Origin: a virus
Lineage: Duplodnaviria; Caudoviricetes
DNA: 64,000 nucleotides
Virus record (IMG/VR): IMGVR_UViG_2861736478_000001
Coordinates: 12,387-76,386 of that record
Direction: 5' to 3' (one strand)
The notes under the pieces were generated by a model, which saw only the letters and a list, made by a program, of their open reading frames with translations, made no database searches and had not been told where the DNA came from. Of this stretch, positions 46,155 through 54,684 are shown piece after piece (the first letter of the stretch is position 1; each line of letters starts with the position of its first letter). The position numbers were made by a program, and so were the translations under genes.

Positions 46155-46550
46155 GTGCTGGTGTACGCGACCGCGCAGGACTACGCGGACTACACCGGCC
46201 AGGACGCTCCGGACGGGATCGAGCAGGCCCTCGCACGGGCGTCGGAACGCATCGACGAGCTGCTGATGGGCGCGGTCTACGCGGTCGACGCCAGCGAGAT
46301 GCCCACGGATGTGAAGGTCCGGCAAGCGGTACGGCAGGCGACCTGCGCGCAAGCCGCCTGGTCGATCGCGGTCGGTGACCCGTACGGCGTGGCCAGCGCG
46401 TTCAAGTCCGTCTCGATCGGCTCGGTCAAGCTCGACCGAGCCAGCGGGGGAGCGGGCGACGGGCCGCCCCGGTACGCACAGGACGCGCTGTCGATCCTGC
46501 GCACTGCGGGCCTGCTGCCGGGCATCGTCATCGACGGCCCGCGCTGGTAG
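46155..46550 (+). CDS. Head-to-tail adaptor
   Basis: YAT..DY...ALARASERID..L...VRQATCAQ...SVSIGSV, plus gene position. Confidence 0.75.
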   Translation: MLVYATAQDYADYTGQDAPDGIEQALARASERIDELLMGAVYAVDASEMPTDVKVRQAVRQATCAQAAWSIAVGDPYGVASAFKSVSIGSVKLDRASGGAGDGPPRYAQDALSILRTAGLLPGIVIDGPRW

Positions 46551-46566
46551 AAGGGCGGGTGCTCAC

Positions 46567-46881
46567 GTGACGACCCTGCCTGGCTGGCTGCTGCGCCACA
46601 CCGCTGTGATCAAGCCGTTCGAGGGCGACTCGGCTTACGGCCCCGTCTACGGCCCGCCCGTCACCGTGAAATGCCTGGCCGACGACGAACGCCGCATGGT
46701 CCGAGACGACAAGGGCCTCGAAGTCGTCTCAGAGATCACCATCTACATGCTGCCGGGCACCCGGTGCCCTTCCGGGTCCCAGGTCACGGTCAACGGCAGG
46801 ACGACCACCGTCCTTGCCTCCTACACCCGTGACGGCGGCGGGCTCCCCACTCCGGATCACGTGGAGGTGGTGTGCCAATGA
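46567..46881 (+). CDS. Head-to-tail stopper
   Basis: LLRHT.VIKP.EG..AYGPVYG, plus gene position. Confidence 0.7.
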   Translation: MTTLPGWLLRHTAVIKPFEGDSAYGPVYGPPVTVKCLADDERRMVRDDKGLEVVSEITIYMLPGTRCPSGSQVTVNGRTTTVLASYTRDGGGLPTPDHVEVVCQ

Positions 46882-47231
46882 GCCGTGCCGAGTTCAACGC
46901 GGACGTCACCCCCCTGGAGCTGACTACCAAGGTCAACCGGGCCGCCGCACGCGGCCTCCGTCTGGGCGCCGAGCACGTGCTCCAGGTGTCGCGGACGCAG
47001 GTCCCGATCGACGAGGCCACGCTGGAGAGGTCCGGCGCGGCCACCGTTGATGAGTCGCAGCTGACGGCCGCGGTCTCCTATGAGACGCCTTACGCGGTGG
47101 TCCAGCACGAGGACCTGGACCTCAAGCACGCATCAGGCCGCAAGGCCAAGTACCTGGAGGACCCTGCGCGGGACGAGGCCGACACGGTCCGGGCCCTGGT
47201 CGCGGCGCAGATCCGGCGGGCGCTGTCGTGA
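46878..47231 (+). CDS. Neck/tail-completion protein (HK97 gp10-like)
   Basis: VPIDEATLERSG...VSYETPYAVVQHE...KAKYLE. Confidence 0.8.
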   Translation: MSRAEFNADVTPLELTTKVNRAAARGLRLGAEHVLQVSRTQVPIDEATLERSGAATVDESQLTAAVSYETPYAVVQHEDLDLKHASGRKAKYLEDPARDEADTVRALVAAQIRRALS

Positions 47232-47674
47232 GTTTCACCCGAGACCTTCTCTCCGGGCTGGCCGTCCTGCTGGCCGACGCCGGAGCGGGCGACTGGAACC
47301 CGTCCGGCATCTACAGCGACGAGCAGACCGCCATCACCATCGGCGGACTGCCCGCCAGCCCGGACATGGCTATCACGCTCACCGTGTACGGCACAGGCCG
47401 CGCCGGCGACGACCTGACCCAGTCCGACACGAACACCCAGATCCAGGTCCGCATCCGCGGCAAGGCAGATCCCCGCGTGGTCGACGACCTGGCCGACCTC
47501 GTGTTCGACGCACTGCACGGGCTGTCCAACCACACCTTGGACACTGGCGTGCACGTCCTGCTCGCGCAACGCCGCATCGTCGCGCCGATCGACCGGGACG
47601 CCAACGGGCGCTGGGGCCGAGCGGACTCCTACGAGCTGCTCGTCGACCGCCCGTCACCCCACCGCACCGAGTAA
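47228..47674 (+). CDS. Tail terminator protein
   Basis: QVRIRG..DPR.VDDLAD..FDALHG...DANGRW. Confidence 0.75.
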   Translation: MSFTRDLLSGLAVLLADAGAGDWNPSGIYSDEQTAITIGGLPASPDMAITLTVYGTGRAGDDLTQSDTNTQIQVRIRGKADPRVVDDLADLVFDALHGLSNHTLDTGVHVLLAQRRIVAPIDRDANGRWGRADSYELLVDRPSPHRTE

Positions 47675-47737
47675 CCCACACGAAAACCGCAAGCGAAAAC
47701 GCATGCGGGATCTCCGCATGCCTGAAGGAGCAAGCAC

Positions 47738-48208
47738 ATGGCGCTTCGCAGCCTCCTCGCCAAGGACTGGACGCTGGAGGTCAACACGTCCAGCACCGCC
47801 GTACCGGCTTGGACCACGGTCAAGGGCCTGACCAAGCTCGAATTCACCCTCGACAGCGAGACCGAGGACGACAGCGACTTCGACAGCAACGGCTGGGCGT
47901 CCGAGGTCGTCACCCAGCGCAAGTGGGCGCTGGAGATCGAGGGGCGCCGCAAGCGCGACACCGGTTCGGCCTCCTTCGTGCCCGACCCCGGTCAGGAGTT
48001 CCTGCGCAAGGCCGGTCTCGTGGTCGGCATCAACGCCAACGTCGAAGTGCGTTGGTACCGCAAGGACGGCTCGCCGGACGCCTTCCAGGGCACTGCCGCC
48101 GTGCAGTACAAGGGGGCGGGCGGCGAGGTCACCGATCTGGAGCCGTTCGAGTGCGAGCTGACCGGCCAGGGCGAGCCCATCGAGATTGACAACCCGGCGG
48201 CGGCCTGA
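47738..48208 (+). CDS. Major tail tube protein
   Basis: LAKDW.LEV...DDSDFDS.GW...W.L..EG.R...DPGQE.LR. AAGGAG RBS. Confidence 0.85.
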   Translation: MALRSLLAKDWTLEVNTSSTAVPAWTTVKGLTKLEFTLDSETEDDSDFDSNGWASEVVTQRKWALEIEGRRKRDTGSASFVPDPGQEFLRKAGLVVGINANVEVRWYRKDGSPDAFQGTAAVQYKGAGGEVTDLEPFECELTGQGEPIEIDNPAAA

Positions 48209-48213
48209 CCCCG

Positions 48214-48606
48214 ATGGCGAAGTTCACAGACCTCAACGAGTTCTTCAACGACGGCCTGGCGCTCCCGGTTGGCGGCAAGGTCTACCACGTGCCGCCCGCC
48301 TCCGCCGAGGTCGGCCTGTTCTGCCAGAAGCTGATGGCGGCCGGGATCAGCGCCGCCAACGGTCAGGAGATCGACGCCGCCGACCTCGACGACGACGGAG
48401 AGAAGGACCTGTACAGGCGGGTCCTCGGCGACGTCTACGACGAGCTCATCGCCGATGGGGTGTCCTGGGCGAAGATCAAGCACTGCGGCGTCACGGCGTT
48501 CCTGTGGATCGCGACCGACGAGGACACCGCGGCCAAGCACTGGCGGGCCGACCCGGAAGCGGAGGCCCCGAAGGCGAAGGCTCGGGCGGGCCGGTCGACC
48601 CGCTGA
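48214..48606 (+). CDS. Tail assembly chaperone (G)
   Basis: L.LPVGGK.Y.VP..SA..GL...LY.RVLG..Y.EL..DGV.W, plus gene position. Confidence 0.8.
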   Translation: MAKFTDLNEFFNDGLALPVGGKVYHVPPASAEVGLFCQKLMAAGISAANGQEIDAADLDDDGEKDLYRRVLGDVYDELIADGVSWAKIKHCGVTAFLWIATDEDTAAKHWRADPEAEAPKAKARAGRSTR

Positions 48607-48863
48607 CGGGGCTGCGCGAATGGTATGACGCAGACGACGGCCTGGCCGTGGACGGCACCGCCGTCTCCTGGGCCGACCTGCTGCAACGCTGGGCTCTCGT
48701 CGAGGCCGACCTCCACTCCGAGTACGGCGTCGACGTCGACCAGCCCGGCCTTCTTCTCACCCGCACGTGGCGCTGGCTACGCGTGCGCATCCTGGGCCTG
48801 CTGTCCGCCGACACGCGGACCGCCCGCTCTCTCACCCCCGAAGACCGTCACCACCGGAGGTGA
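48597..48863 (+). CDS. Tail assembly chaperone downstream segment (T), -1 frame relative to G; start uncertain
   Basis: SWADLLQRW.LVEADLHSEYGVD...TWRWLRVRILGLLS.DTR. Confidence 0.65.
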   Translation, partial: DPLTGLREWYDADDGLAVDGTAVSWADLLQRWALVEADLHSEYGVDVDQPGLLLTRTWRWLRVRILGLLSADTRTARSLTPEDRHHRR

Positions 48864-48866
48864 GCT

Positions 48867-50828
48867 GTGGCGTTGAACGTGGGCGAGCTGTACGCGACGC
48901 TCGAACTGAAGGACCGCCTGACCGGTCCGCTGGGAAAGGCCACAGCAGGGATCAAGGTCAAGGCGACCGGCATCCACGCGGCGATGGTCATGGTCGGGAT
49001 GGCCGCCGCGCGGATGGCCGCCGCGGTCGCATCCGGCGCGTCGAGGGCCGGAGCCGCCTTCGTCTCGTCAGGCGCGAAGATGGCGGCGGCTGGCGCGAAG
49101 AGCGCCGGGCTGCTGGCGGGCGTCGGCGTGGCAGGCGTCGCTGTTGGTGGCGTTCTCGCTGGCGTTTTCGCTGGCATCACTGCCGGGATCGCGAAGATCG
49201 GCATCCAGGCGGCGATGTCCGCGCCCGCGGTGAAGGCCGCCTTCGCGGACCTGAAGACGTCCGTGCAGGCCGATCTGGCGGACGCGGCGTCGGTGTTCCA
49301 GGGGCCGCTGATCGCCGCTGCTGGCCAGCTCAAGGGCATGTTCTCCAGCCAGATCGCGCCAGCGCTGGGGGACATGTTCAAGACGCTCGCGCCCTTGATC
49401 GGCCAGTTCACGACCGGGCTGGGCGCCTTTCTCAAGCCCATGCTGCCCGCGATCCAGGGCGTGGTGGCAGCGGTCACGCCGATGCTGTCGGCCCTGGCCG
49501 GGTCCATGGGGATCTTCGGGTCGCAACTCGCTGGCTTTCTTGCTCCCATCTCGCAAGCGTTTTCGCAATCGAGTGGACTGCTGGCCACGCTGGTCACCGG
49601 TGTTGGTGGTCTGCTTCAGTCACTAGCGCCTTTGCTTGCGGCTCTTGTGGGGCTCGCTGCCCAGGTCGCAGGCCCGCTCATGAGCGGGCTGGCCACCGTC
49701 GGCCAGACCCTGTCCGCGCAGCTTGGGCCGGTCCTCATCCAGCTCGGCCCGCTGATCGGACAGCTGATCACGCAGTTCGCGCAGATCGCGGCAGCCGTGA
49801 TCCCGCTGCTGCCGCCCTTTCTACAGCTGGCGGCCACGCTGGCGTCGGCGCTGATGCCGGTTCTGACCCAGATCGTCGGGGCGCTCGCCTCGGCTCTTCA
49901 GCCGATCCTCGTGGCGCTCCAGCCCGTGCTGGCTGCTCTGGCAGAGGTCTTCGGGGCCGTCATCACGGCCCTGCTGCCGATCTTGCCGCCGATCTCTCAG
50001 CTGATCACCGCGCTTCTCCCGGTCGTGGTCACGCTGGTCAAGGCGCTCACACCGATTCTGACCATGCTCGCCACGGTGTTCTCCAAGATCGTTGGAGCGA
50101 TCACGCCGTTCATCGCACCACTGGTCCAGATCACGACCGCACTCCTACCGCCGCTGATCTCGCTGGTCCAGGCGGTCGTCAAGCTCTTTCAGGGAGACTT
50201 CAAGGGCGCGCTGAAGGTCGTTCAAGATGCCTTCTCGAACGCGGGCAAAGTCATCAAGGACGCCTTCCTCAAGATCATCGACATGGGGAAGAACCTGCTG
50301 AGCGGCCTGTGGGAGGGCATCAGCACCAAGGTCCAGTGGTTCCTGAACAAGATCGGCCAGTTCTTCGGCAACCTCCTGCCCGACTGGGTCAAGGACATCC
50401 TCGGCATCCACTCCCCGAGCCGCGTGTTCGCCGCCATCGGCTCGTTCACGATGCTTGGTTTCGCAGACGGGGTCACCGCCGAGCGGCCTGCCGTCCTTCG
50501 CGCCGCAGACCAGGCGACAAGGGGATTCGGAGCTGCCTTCCGCGCCGGGCTCAAACGCGAGGCCAGCGGCTTGGGCGACGCCATCAACGGCGCGACCCCG
50601 GGCAAGGTGGGCATCATCCCGCCCGGAGTGAAATCAGCGCTCCGCGCGGGGGGCCGCCGGGCAGGGAAGATCCCCGCAGAGGCAACGCGCCGCGCGGTCT
50701 CCCCGAGCGGGAGCACCGTCCCCGGGAGCGTGACGGTGAACGTCACCAACATCCACCCCCAGGCGGAACCCACCAGCCGCACAGTGAACCGAGGCTTGCA
50801 GTACGCCGCCACGCTCGGCCTCACCTGA
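48867..50828 (+). CDS. Tape measure protein 1
   Basis: MALNVGELYATL, amphipathic Ala/Leu/Pro repeats, LGIHSPSRVF, C-terminal PQAEPTSRTVNRGLQYA. Confidence 0.9.
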   Translation: MALNVGELYATLELKDRLTGPLGKATAGIKVKATGIHAAMVMVGMAAARMAAAVASGASRAGAAFVSSGAKMAAAGAKSAGLLAGVGVAGVAVGGVLAGVFAGITAGIAKIGIQAAMSAPAVKAAFADLKTSVQADLADAASVFQGPLIAAAGQLKGMFSSQIAPALGDMFKTLAPLIGQFTTGLGAFLKPMLPAIQGVVAAVTPMLSALAGSMGIFGSQLAGFLAPISQAFSQSSGLLATLVTGVGGLLQSLAPLLAALVGLAAQVAGPLMSGLATVGQTLSAQLGPVLIQLGPLIGQLITQFAQIAAAVIPLLPPFLQLAATLASALMPVLTQIVGALASALQPILVALQPVLAALAEVFGAVITALLPILPPISQLITALLPVVVTLVKALTPILTMLATVFSKIVGAITPFIAPLVQITTALLPPLISLVQAVVKLFQGDFKGALKVVQDAFSNAGKVIKDAFLKIIDMGKNLLSGLWEGISTKVQWFLNKIGQFFGNLLPDWVKDILGIHSPSRVFAAIGSFTMLGFADGVTAERPAVLRAADQATRGFGAAFRAGLKREASGLGDAINGATPGKVGIIPPGVKSALRAGGRRAGKIPAEATRRAVSPSGSTVPGSVTVNVTNIHPQAEPTSRTVNRGLQYAATLGLT

Positions 50829-50861
50829 TCCCACCACGCCAGCCCGGACGGGAGGTGCGAG

Positions 50862-52889
50862 ATGGCGATCAACGTCGGCGAGCTGTTCATCCTGCTCGAC
50901 CTGCGCGACACCATGTCCGCCAAGCTCCAGCGGGCGTTCGTCCGAAGCCGCACGTCGGCCACGGACTTCGGGACCCGCCTCAGCAGAGTGACCGGCGGCG
51001 CGGTCCAGTCGCTCACCTCCACCGCCGTGGCGGCCACCGCCACGGCGGTCAAGTTCGCTGTCCTGGCCGCCGCCGCGGCTTCGACCGCCGGCCACCTCCA
51101 GGCCCTCGGCGTCGCTCTGGCCCCGGCGGGCGGCATCATCGCCGCGCTCCCGGGGGTGGCCGCCCTTGGCGCCGCAGGGCTGGCCACGCTCGCACTGGCC
51201 TTCCGGGGTGTCGGTGACGCCGCGACCGCAGCTCTGGGCGACGACGCGGAGGCGTTCCAGGAGTCGCTCGCGGGCCTGTCGCGTGAAGCTCAGGGCGCAG
51301 CGCGGGAACTGCGGCAGCTCAAGCCCGTCGTCGACGGCCTGCGCCTTTCGGTGCAAGACGCCTTCTTCGCCCCGCTCGCGGGACAAATCGCAGCCGTTGC
51401 TGACGCACTTTCCGCAAGCGTTTCCGCTGGCATGTCAGCCGTTGCGGCGCAGTTCGGCCTCGCCGGTCTGGCGGTCGCGGACTTCCTTCGCACCGCGGAG
51501 ACCGCGTCTGCTGTGGAGGCCGTGTTCGGGTCGCTGGCCGATGCCATCGCCGCGCTCACCCCCGCGATCCAGCCCGTCGCCGCAGGTCTGCGAGACCTTG
51601 TCGTAGTCGGCGCGTCGTTCTCAGCCAGCCTCGCCCCCAGCATCGCGAGCGCCGCGGCCCGGCTCGGCACCTTCCTGAGCACGGCCGCCGCCTCCGGCCG
51701 TGCCCTGGAGTGGATGACCGGCGCAGTCGAGGTGTTCAAACAGCTCGGCGCTGCCGCCCGTGACGTAGGCGGCATCGTGACCGGCGTCCTCGGGGCGCTG
51801 CGCAGCGCCGGAACCAGCGCGCTCGGCGTGATCGGGCAGGTTCTCGACGGGGTCAACCGGTGGGTCAACTCGGCACAGGGCCAGCGGGTCCTCGTCGAAG
51901 TCTTCGCAGCGCTCGGCAGGGTCGGTGAGGCGTTCGTCCCGGTCGTACTCGCGATAGCCAGCGGCCTGGCCGAGCTGGCGCCCGTCGTCGCCGACCTGGC
52001 CGTACAGCTCGGGCCGGTGCTGACGGAAGCCATCTCCGCCGTCGCGCCCGCGCTCGCCGACCTCGGCCCAGGAGTGATCGCCGTCGTCGACGCGATCGGC
52101 CTAGCCGTGAGGGAGCTCGGCCCCGCACTTTCACCCATCGCAATCACGCTGGCGGAACTGCTTGCGGCTGTTGCCCCGCTGATCCCTGTGGTCGCCGACC
52201 TGGCGTCGATCATCGTGCGCAGCCTGGCGGCCGGCGTGCAGGACGTTCTGCCGGACCTGGCCCGGATGGCGTACGCCTTCACCGACGTGCTCTACGCGGC
52301 CCTGCCGCTGCTGCCGCCGCTGCTCCAGCTCGCCACCGACTTGCTGCCGGTCATCGCTGACCTTGTGACCGGCGTGGCCCGGCTGCTGTCGGGCGACTTC
52401 GCCGGAGCGCTCACCGCGGCGGGGTACGCGGCCATCGGCTTCGTGAACAGCATGGGCAACATCGGCTACCTGCTGCTGACCGGCCTGTGGGACGGCATCG
52501 TCTCGGCCGCCGCGTGGTTCAGGGACGCGATCTACAGCTTCTTCTCCAGCATCCTGCCTGACTGGGTGCGCGACGCTCTCGGTATCCGTTCCCCGAGCCG
52601 GGTGTTCGCCGAGATCGGCCGCAACACCATGCTCGGCATGGCGGATGGCATGACGAGCTCCACCAGGCAGGTCTTGGCTACGGCGGGGGACATCGCGGCC
52701 CGATTGGAGAAGTCGTTCGCCCCCAACCTAGCCGCGTCCATCGGGTCGACCGGGGTGGTCGCGACGGGCGCGAGCCGTGCGGCAGGGCCGGTCAACATCA
52801 CCGTCCACACCTACAACCCGCAAGCTGAACCAACTTCGTCCACGATCAACCGCGGACTGGCGTACGCGGGCATGCTGGGGGTGCTCTGA
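50862..52889 (+). CDS. Tape measure protein 2
   Basis: GGAGG RBS. MAINVGELFILL, same repeat type, LGIRSPSRVF, C-terminal PQAEPTSSTINRGLAYA. Confidence 0.9.
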   Translation: MAINVGELFILLDLRDTMSAKLQRAFVRSRTSATDFGTRLSRVTGGAVQSLTSTAVAATATAVKFAVLAAAAASTAGHLQALGVALAPAGGIIAALPGVAALGAAGLATLALAFRGVGDAATAALGDDAEAFQESLAGLSREAQGAARELRQLKPVVDGLRLSVQDAFFAPLAGQIAAVADALSASVSAGMSAVAAQFGLAGLAVADFLRTAETASAVEAVFGSLADAIAALTPAIQPVAAGLRDLVVVGASFSASLAPSIASAAARLGTFLSTAAASGRALEWMTGAVEVFKQLGAAARDVGGIVTGVLGALRSAGTSALGVIGQVLDGVNRWVNSAQGQRVLVEVFAALGRVGEAFVPVVLAIASGLAELAPVVADLAVQLGPVLTEAISAVAPALADLGPGVIAVVDAIGLAVRELGPALSPIAITLAELLAAVAPLIPVVADLASIIVRSLAAGVQDVLPDLARMAYAFTDVLYAALPLLPPLLQLATDLLPVIADLVTGVARLLSGDFAGALTAAGYAAIGFVNSMGNIGYLLLTGLWDGIVSAAAWFRDAIYSFFSSILPDWVRDALGIRSPSRVFAEIGRNTMLGMADGMTSSTRQVLATAGDIAARLEKSFAPNLAASIGSTGVVATGASRAAGPVNITVHTYNPQAEPTSSTINRGLAYAGMLGVL

Positions 52890-52891
52890 CC

Positions 52892-53761
52892 TTGCCGACT
52901 TACACACTCGACGGCGTGGCACTGGACCACCCGGCCGGCTGCTGGAGGCTGAAGAGCGGCACCCGCCGTCGTTCGTTTCCCGCAGCCCGGTCGGTGTCGG
53001 TCAAGATGCCCGGCCGGTCGGGGGAACTCCCCATAGTGGGCCTGGACCTGGAGACCACCTCGGTCGCGCTCGTCTTCGGGCTCACTGGCCGGACCCCGTC
53101 CGGCACGGACGGCGGGTTCGAACAACTGGAGTCGAATCTTGAAGCACTCGCCGCCTTGATTGGTGTCCGCCACCGGCTGATGACGCTCTCCTACACCGCG
53201 GGCTCGATCGTCCGCGTCGCGGAGGTTGCGCTCGATTCGGTGTCGGAGCCTGAGGTCGACGTCGGCTCGGCTCGTGGGCGGCTCACGGCGATCTTCAAGA
53301 TCCCCGGCGTCTTCTGGCGTGACCCGATCACGTCCACTTGGGCGGGGAGCGCGAACGCAGCTGAGCAGCCTGTCACTACCCTCGCCGGGTCCACCGGCCC
53401 GGTGGCAGACGCGCTCCTGCGCATCACCGGCCCGGCCGTCAACCCCGCGATCACCGACGTGGCCACGGGAGACACCATCACCAGGCCCTCCGGCCTGACC
53501 GCCGGACAGCGACTCCTCATCGACTGCGGGCAGATGAAAGCACGCCTGGTCACCACGGACACCTGGGACATGAGCGCGGGCTCGGACGTGACCGGCCAGA
53601 TCCAGGCCACAGGCCCAGGCTCGGCGTTCCACTGGCTCCACCTCACTCCTGCGGTGGGCGTCGGCGACCCCTTCTCGCGCGTCGTCCTGGTCACCAGCTC
53701 AGCGACGTCCACGACCGGCGCGTCCGGGTTGGAGGTTCGCGCCCGCCGCGCCTACCTGTGA
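52892..53761 (+). CDS. Distal tail protein (Dit)
   Basis: Follows the TMPs. YTLDGV.LD...PGRSG...FWRD...GSTGPVADA..RITGP..NP. Confidence 0.75.
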   Translation: MPTYTLDGVALDHPAGCWRLKSGTRRRSFPAARSVSVKMPGRSGELPIVGLDLETTSVALVFGLTGRTPSGTDGGFEQLESNLEALAALIGVRHRLMTLSYTAGSIVRVAEVALDSVSEPEVDVGSARGRLTAIFKIPGVFWRDPITSTWAGSANAAEQPVTTLAGSTGPVADALLRITGPAVNPAITDVATGDTITRPSGLTAGQRLLIDCGQMKARLVTTDTWDMSAGSDVTGQIQATGPGSAFHWLHLTPAVGVGDPFSRVVLVTSSATSTTGASGLEVRARRAYL

Positions 53762-53764
53762 GGG

Positions 53765-54652
53765 CTACTTCCAGGGGGCTGGCCAGTCGAGCCACTGTCC
53801 GAGGCCGGCATACGTCCCGATGGCTGTGGCGATGAAAGCGAGAGTCCAACCAACTATGGGCCAGAAACGCCCCCTCCTGGGTTCTGCGGGGGTGTTCACG
53901 CTATTCGAAATGCCGCCAGCGTCGTGTCCTGCGTAGTTGAAGATCGTATTCGGGCTGTTTTCGATGCGGATTTCTGGCACCGCAGTGGCGAGCGCCTGGT
54001 TGGTGACATCTGCGGACGGTGTCTCCTCACCTTCGGGCATGTTCGCGCGCATCTCGCTGACGAGCTCAGCCAGGGTGCTTCGGATACGGCTCACAACACC
54101 CTTGATCGTGACGGGCTGGAACTTAATGTAGATCTCGCCAACCCGCTGCATCTGGGGAATGTTCCCAGCCTTCCAGCCCGCTTCCGTGACAAGTCGCGCT
54201 ATGTCATCAAACGGTGGCCGCTTCACGGAGAGATCCTTACCCTGAGCGGCGAGGTCTTCTAGCTCGGATACCGATTCTGTAAGGTGGACCTCCTCCGTAA
54301 CGTACTCGCGAAGCTGTTCGGGAAACCACGATGGCGTTACCGGCTGGGGCATGGGGTTGTACCCGCCTCGATTAACGTGGACCACCCAGAGAGTGCCGAT
54401 GATCTTTCTGTAGACAGGAACGTCCTCCGTGGTGGTGTAGCCGTTCAGCTCGCGCTTCGCCCAGTCACGGAGCGGCCCGGAACGGGCATGCCCGCCCAAG
54501 GTCACACACTTTAGAAGAATGTTCGAAAGTGGCGTGCTGGGATCAATGATGTCCCGCTCGATCTGCGCGAGCAGAGAGTCGTCTCGGGATCGTCCCGCCG
54601 AGGGCTTCGTCACCGGCCTATTGTCTCGCGAATACCGGGGTATCTGACGCAC
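53765..54652 (-). CDS. AbiTii-domain protein with C-terminal TM helix (defence moron)
   Basis: D...PLSNILLKC..LG.....LRDWAKRELNGY...VPVYR, ending in a FWPIVGWTLAFIATAIG TM helix. Lower GC. The true start may be 54613. Confidence 0.75.
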   Translation of the reverse strand: MRQIPRYSRDNRPVTKPSAGRSRDDSLLAQIERDIIDPSTPLSNILLKCVTLGGHARSGPLRDWAKRELNGYTTTEDVPVYRKIIGTLWVVHVNRGGYNPMPQPVTPSWFPEQLREYVTEEVHLTESVSELEDLAAQGKDLSVKRPPFDDIARLVTEAGWKAGNIPQMQRVGEIYIKFQPVTIKGVVSRIRSTLAELVSEMRANMPEGEETPSADVTNQALATAVPEIRIENSPNTIFNYAGHDAGGISNSVNTPAEPRRGRFWPIVGWTLAFIATAIGTYAGLGQWLDWPAPWK

Positions 54653-54684
54653 CTTCGTCCTGCTGCGCGAAAGCCGAGACGGGG

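Noticed and set aside
48867-52889. One TMP split by a premature stop, or an assembly duplication
   Set aside because: Each ORF has both N- and C-terminal signatures, and the nucleotide sequences are clearly diverged rather than identical.
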